The notes beneath the pieces were generated by a model that did not search any database, was not told the origin of the DNA, and saw only the letters and a list, made by a program, of their open reading frames with translations. Positions 59,298 through 64,000 of a stretch of 64,000 nt of DNA are shown here, piece by piece. Within the stretch, counting starts at the first letter, position 1. Each line of letters begins with the position of its first letter. Source of the DNA: Deltaproteobacteria bacterium (lineage in GTDB: Bacteria > JAGRBM01 > JAHCIT01); contig JAHCIT010000012.1 in assembly GCA_026129095.1 (NCBI GenBank), positions 1 to 64,000 of the forward strand, read 5' to 3'. A program made the position numbers and the translations under genes.

Positions 59298-61094
59298 ATG
59301 AAAAACAGGTTACTTCTCACGTCAGTCATCCGCCCGTTCGGCGGACCCGGTGAAGGCGATTCCGTCGGAGCCGAGCTTTTCCATGCACAGGTCACCCGGG
59401 CGCAGGGGATATTCAGCCTGCGGCAGGTGATCCGCTGCTGGGCGATCGACTATCTCGCCGGGAACATCGAGACCCCCTGTACGGTTCTGCACTACCCCTC
59501 GGAGCGTGAATTTGTCCGCGAGCTGAAATCGGGCCGTTACAGCCATGTGGGGATCAATTTCGTCGTGGCCACCTTCCACAAGGCTCGAAAAATGTCGGAA
59601 CTGGTCCGCAGGCATGCGCCCGGTGCCCGGATCATTTTCGGCGGCTACGGGACAGTGCTCCCGGACAGCCTGCTGTCACCGTTCGCAGACCACATCTGCC
59701 GCGAGGAGGGAATTGGATTCCTGCGGAAGCTGCTGGATGAGCCGCTGGACCGGCCGGTCGTCCATCCCTACGCGCCCATTCCCACCGTGCGGATGTACTC
59801 CTACCAGCAGCCTGCACTGGTGGCCCACGTCACCGCCGGGCTTGGTTGTCCGAACGGCTGCGACTTCTGCTGCACGTCGCATTTCTTCAAGCGCAAATAC
59901 GTCCCCTTTGCCCGGACGGGGCGGGAGATATTCGACGCGCTGGTCCGCATGGACGATCTCGCGCGGGAACACGGTGACCAGATCAGCGGCTATATCCTGA
60001 TCGACGAGGATTTCTTTCTTCACAAGCCCCGCGCCCAGGAGTTCCTCTCGCTGGTGCGCCAGCACGGCCGGTCGTTTCCGCTCATGGGATTCGGCAGCGT
60101 CAAGGGACTTTCCCAGTTCTCCGCCGACGAGATTGCCGAGATGGGATTCGAAACCATCTGGACAGCGTTTGAAGGAGTGAATTCCGGCTACGGAAAACTC
60201 CAGGGCAAGTCGCTTGACGATCTCTACGCCTCGCTGAACAGCCGGGGCATTAATATCCTCGCGTCCATGATCATCGGTTTTCCCTACCAGACCCGCGAGC
60301 AGATACTGAAGGAGTTCGACTACCTGATGAAGCTGAAACCGTCGCTTTACCAGGTGCTGATCTATTTCGCCTTCCCCGGCACACCGTTTCACCAGCAGGT
60401 CATGGCCGAAGGGCGCTACCTGCCGAACTACCAGGAAAACCCCGACCTCCGGCGGTGGGACGGCTTTTCCATGCATTTCCAGCACCCGAACTTCACCGCA
60501 GCCGAGCTTGAGGCCCTGCAGAAGGACCTGTTCCGGCAGGATTTCGCCCGGCTGGGGCCGTCCATCGTGCGTCTCCTCCGCGTCTGGCATGAGGGTTCCA
60601 GGAACCTGAAGGATTCGCCGAACCCGATACTGAAGGACCGGGCCCGCAAGCTCACCCAGTCGACCCGCGATGCGCTGCCGGCGCTGACGCCGCCCATGCT
60701 GTTCGGACCGACCCGGCAGTCGCGGCGGGAAGCCCGGCAGCTTTTCGTGGATATCGTCCGCTTTAACGGTGGACTGACCTGGACCGAGGCGGTGTTCTCG
60801 CTCCTGTCGCCCGTCCTCGCCGTCTGGACCTGGATCGCGCTCAGGCTGGGTATCTTCCAGCAGCCGGCGCTGCTCAGGCTGGAACACCGGATGGACCAGC
60901 CGGCGGAGAAGGCGCAACCCGTGACCCGCATCCAGGGCGGGTTCCAGGCATCACCCGCTTCGGTACTGGCTGAAGATATCGCCGGCCACGTATCCCGGTT
61001 GTTCGATACTGCCCGTCTCAAGCCCAACAACGGGTGGGAACGCCAGCCGTCGGAACTGACGCGGCCGGAGCCCCAGGCGAAGGACGCGGCGTAA
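59298..61094 (+). CDS. Radical SAM protein with N-terminal B12-binding-like domain (paralog of 16816-18615)
   Basis: CPNGCDFC, GGYG, DEDF and FPGT. The ATG follows a GGAGG RBS. Confidence 0.85.
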   Translation: MKNRLLLTSVIRPFGGPGEGDSVGAELFHAQVTRAQGIFSLRQVIRCWAIDYLAGNIETPCTVLHYPSEREFVRELKSGRYSHVGINFVVATFHKARKMSELVRRHAPGARIIFGGYGTVLPDSLLSPFADHICREEGIGFLRKLLDEPLDRPVVHPYAPIPTVRMYSYQQPALVAHVTAGLGCPNGCDFCCTSHFFKRKYVPFARTGREIFDALVRMDDLAREHGDQISGYILIDEDFFLHKPRAQEFLSLVRQHGRSFPLMGFGSVKGLSQFSADEIAEMGFETIWTAFEGVNSGYGKLQGKSLDDLYASLNSRGINILASMIIGFPYQTREQILKEFDYLMKLKPSLYQVLIYFAFPGTPFHQQVMAEGRYLPNYQENPDLRRWDGFSMHFQHPNFTAAELEALQKDLFRQDFARLGPSIVRLLRVWHEGSRNLKDSPNPILKDRARKLTQSTRDALPALTPPMLFGPTRQSRREARQLFVDIVRFNGGLTWTEAVFSLLSPVLAVWTWIALRLGIFQQPALLRLEHRMDQPAEKAQPVTRIQGGFQASPASVLAEDIAGHVSRLFDTARLKPNNGWERQPSELTRPEPQAKDAA

Positions 61095-61286
61095 CAAGCG
61101 GGGGGATTCAAGTCCGCTGATTGCCCATCCGCCTGCTATCGGTTACTTCCGCCCGCCCGGTTTGGCTGGTGATCCGGTCATCACGGGACGGCCTCCGCTA
61201 TTCGCGGAGGCCGTCAGGCGGAGTGTGGCCCTATCAGTTCCCTCGCAGATACCCTGATCTCAAGCTGGCAGATCCTTCTGATCCCC

Positions 61287-62459
61287 GTGATTGCGGGTGT
61301 CGTCGGATGGGGAACCAACGTGGTGGCGGTGCAGATGCTCTTCCATCCGGTCGAGTTCGTGGGCATCCGTCCGTATCTGGGCTGGCAGGGGATCATACCG
61401 AATGCCGCGCACCGGATGGGGCGTTACATCGCCATCCTGATTGCCACCCGTCTGGTGAACGTGAAAGAACTGCTGGCCTCGCTGGACGCCGAAACGATGA
61501 TCCCTTCGGTCCGCCCTGGGCTTTGGGAACTGGCCGATTCCATTCTGGATACCGCTGTGCAGGATTTCGCAGCGCCGTTGTGGAATGGCCTGGACGAAAA
61601 GGCGCGCACGCAGGTGCGGAATACTGTTCGTGCGGAGGTGGAAAAGCTGGCGGCGGCCGCGCTGGACGATCTGAAGGACGAGGCGCACGAGGTGATCGAC
61701 ATCGCCGCCGCCATTGAACAGGCGATCCTGAAGGACCGCTCGATCCTGAACAGGCTTTTTCTCACGGCCGGAAGCAGGGAGTTCCGGTTCATCAGGATTT
61801 CCGGCCTGTATTTCGGCTTCCTGTTCGGCCTGCTGCAGATGGCCGTTTGGGTGATCTTCCCGAAATGGTGGACGCTGCCGCTGGCCGGCGTGCTGGTGGG
61901 ATATGTCACCAACTGGCTTGCCATGAAGATGATCTTCGAGCCGAAAACACCCCAAAAGTTCGGTCCGTTCGAGTTCCACGGCCTCTTCCACAAGCGGCAG
62001 AATGAAGTAGCCGCCGGATTCTCCACTACCGTTTCGGCGACCATGCTCACTCCGGTCAATGTCGTTGGACAGCTTTCATCCGGCAGGGGGCGTGAGACGA
62101 TCCAGGGGATATTCCAGCGGCGGGTCGGAGAGGCCATGGATACCTATGGGAAGCACCCGGTCGGTGGGGTGATGCTCCAGCAGGCCGGTCGCAGCAGGAT
62201 CAGCAGCATCATCGAACGGCAGATGGAGGTTCGCCTGACGCAGGAGGGCGGAATCCTCTGGAGTTTCGTGGAGAAAACCCTGAATGTCGCGGATTCAATG
62301 ACTGAAAAACTCCGAGGCCTGGAACCGGAGGCATTTGAAGGTGTGCTGCGTCCGGCTTTCCAGCAGGACGAGTGGAAGCTGATCCTTGTCGGTGCCGTAC
62401 TGGGCGGAATCGCCGGCTGGCTGCAGGCTGTCTACGTGTTCGGCCACGCGCTGGGGTGA
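61287..62459 (+). CDS. DUF445 family membrane protein (true start probably further upstream)
   Basis: Duplicated GW.TN..A..M.F.P motif, GWQGIIP and LRPAF..DEW.LI..G. Confidence 0.8.
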   Translation: MIAGVVGWGTNVVAVQMLFHPVEFVGIRPYLGWQGIIPNAAHRMGRYIAILIATRLVNVKELLASLDAETMIPSVRPGLWELADSILDTAVQDFAAPLWNGLDEKARTQVRNTVRAEVEKLAAAALDDLKDEAHEVIDIAAAIEQAILKDRSILNRLFLTAGSREFRFIRISGLYFGFLFGLLQMAVWVIFPKWWTLPLAGVLVGYVTNWLAMKMIFEPKTPQKFGPFEFHGLFHKRQNEVAAGFSTTVSATMLTPVNVVGQLSSGRGRETIQGIFQRRVGEAMDTYGKHPVGGVMLQQAGRSRISSIIERQMEVRLTQEGGILWSFVEKTLNVADSMTEKLRGLEPEAFEGVLRPAFQQDEWKLILVGAVLGGIAGWLQAVYVFGHALG

Positions 62460-62566
62460 ACGGCCCTCGCCACGCGGGTTGCCGGAGCTGCATTGCCGGT
62501 TTTCCGAGGGGCCGGATCTGGCGTGGCTTTCGGAAACCGGCCTATCTCACATAGATTCCGGGCGGG

Positions 62567-63556
62567 TCACTCTGGTGCCTCGTACTGAATGCGGGCAGGG
62601 CACACTTCTCCGTCGAGGCCCTCGACCAGGGGTTTGAGCACTTGCGCGGCCCACTGCGTGAGCGACATCGGGGTCGTTGACGATGCATCCCGTGGCGGAT
62701 CGGCCGTTACTTTTCCTTTGGTGATGGCTTTAAAGGTGGTCATGAGCGCGTCGGTTGTCCGCGGATCACGGCCAATTCTCAGCATCTGGAAACGGACCAC
62801 CGCGCGTGGAAGCCGGATCACGCGAATCCGGCGTCCCAGCCCTTCGGTCAGTGATGTCTCGACATCAGCGAAAGACATGTCCCGTGGCCCCCAGGCCCCG
62901 CGGATCACCCGGCCTTTGGGAGGATCCTGGATCAGGCTGGCCGCCACCTTGTCCGCCACGTCGTGGCTGGCCACCATCGGTATCCGCCGTTTCTGGTTGA
63001 CCGGCAGATAGAGCCGTCCCTTGTCACGGATGTCGTCGAGCTGGCCGAGCAGGTTCTCGAAGAAAAAGCCGGCGCGGACGTGGGTAATGCCGTAGGTTTT
63101 ATCCGGGTAATTGTTTTGCAGTTCCTCAACCGCCTGACCAAGGATCTTTTCGGTGTCGGCGAGGGCTCCGAACAGCGAACGCTCCCCGCCGCCGTCATCC
63201 ACATGCGCAAAGCCGGAGAGATGCACGGTGTGGGCGATCCGGTTGGTCCTGATCGCATGGGCCGCTTATTCGGCGAACATCCGGTAGCCGCGGCGCATGG
63301 TCAGGTCCGGAGGAAAGGAGTTCGGAGTCGCCCAGTAGAGGGCATCCACGCCGCGTGTCGCTTCCACCAGGAAATCCCGGTCCTCGAGACGGCCAGTGCA
63401 GACCCGAACGCCAGCCTCGGCCCACTGGCTCACCGATTGCGGCTTGCGCGCCAGCACTACCAGGTTGAGGCCCAGTTTTTGCGCGTCCCGGTAGTAGGCG
63501 GGCAGCTTCCTGCCGACGTTGCCCGTGGGAGTAGTGATCGCAATTGTTTTGGGCAT
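62567..63556 (-). pseudogene. NmrA-like NAD(P)-binding protein interrupted by an in-frame TAA
   Basis: ORFs 63266-63556 and 62567-63226 are in the same frame and read through as MFAE*AAHAIRTNRIAHTVHLS. Motifs TPTGNVG, R.GFF.EN and P.VA..DVA. Confidence 0.75.
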
Positions 63557-63648
63557 GGCTGTACTCCCTGGCTCCCAAGGCTAGGCAGCGCGGGCTGGAC
63601 CTGGCAAATTGGCCGTTATCCTGGGGCTTGCGCCCGTTTTCCGGTGCC

Positions 63649-64000
63649 CTAGAACCCCGCCTTCAGGTTCCTCGCCTTGCCGTCGAACTCGCTCGTTTCG
63701 GCCGAGGCGGCCTTCCGGAGCACATCGATGTAGCTGTGGGCGATTTCCGCCCGCTCCAGCACACCGTTTTCCCTTAGCATCCGGTGCATCTTCGGCAGGT
63801 TGTAGTGCGGGACGTAGATATAGAGGTGGTGCTCCAGATGGTAGTTCACATGGTGCGGCGCCATGAAGAACCGCACCCAGAACGGCGCCAGTGTCGTGCG
63901 CGTCTGCTTCAGTTCGTCACTGGGGTCTGGGATCATTGCATGCTCGGCGATGTTGCGGATGCGGAGCACCACGTTGTAGCCAGTCAGGGCCGGGAGCCAC
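63649..64000 (-). CDS. Membrane fatty acid desaturase, C-terminal part (5' end outside the window)
   Basis: RNIAEH and third His box NYHLEHH...VP.YNLP..H. Confidence 0.85.
   Translation of the reverse strand, partial: WLPALTGYNVVLRIRNIAEHAMIPDPSDELKQTRTTLAPFWVRFFMAPHHVNYHLEHHLYIYVPHYNLPKMHRMLRENGVLERAEIAHSYIDVLRKAASAETSEFDGKARNLKAGF

Overview
This is a gene-dense, GC-rich bacterial window (probably Gram-negative: it has an outer-membrane beta-barrel gene and lipoprotein cytochromes). I saw no rRNA, tRNA, CRISPR or mobile element. It has three blocks. (1) 1-33 kb is anaerobic-type lipid/CoA chemistry: two B12-type radical SAM enzymes, a 1427-aa double-activase/reductase of the PlsA/Ger architecture, an SCP2-type thiolase, a CoA ligase, an asymmetric acyl-CoA dehydrogenase pair, three phytoene-desaturase-like flavoproteins and three SCP2-like proteins, interrupted by a small NO-stress cassette. 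(2) 33.5-46.2 kb is mostly on the minus strand. It holds a Rieske/cytochrome b operon with an embedded NAD(P)-binding Fe-S flavoprotein, a hexaheme cytochrome c and an AlgE-type porin, the layout known from anammox Rieske/cytb complexes. NO-stress accessory genes and a plus-strand Crp/Fnr regulator follow. (3) 46.4-59 kb is a denitrification island: norCBQD with a diheme NorC, nirJ-nirF-cytochrome c-nirS, and Ahb-type heme radical SAM genes. A non-canonical palindrome, (T)ATGAC-N4-GTCAT(A), recurs 11-12 times in intergenic DNA across all blocks. It usually sits 22-23 nt before a -10-like hexamer and links the blocks into one candidate regulon. All functional calls come from motif recognition by eye, not database searches.
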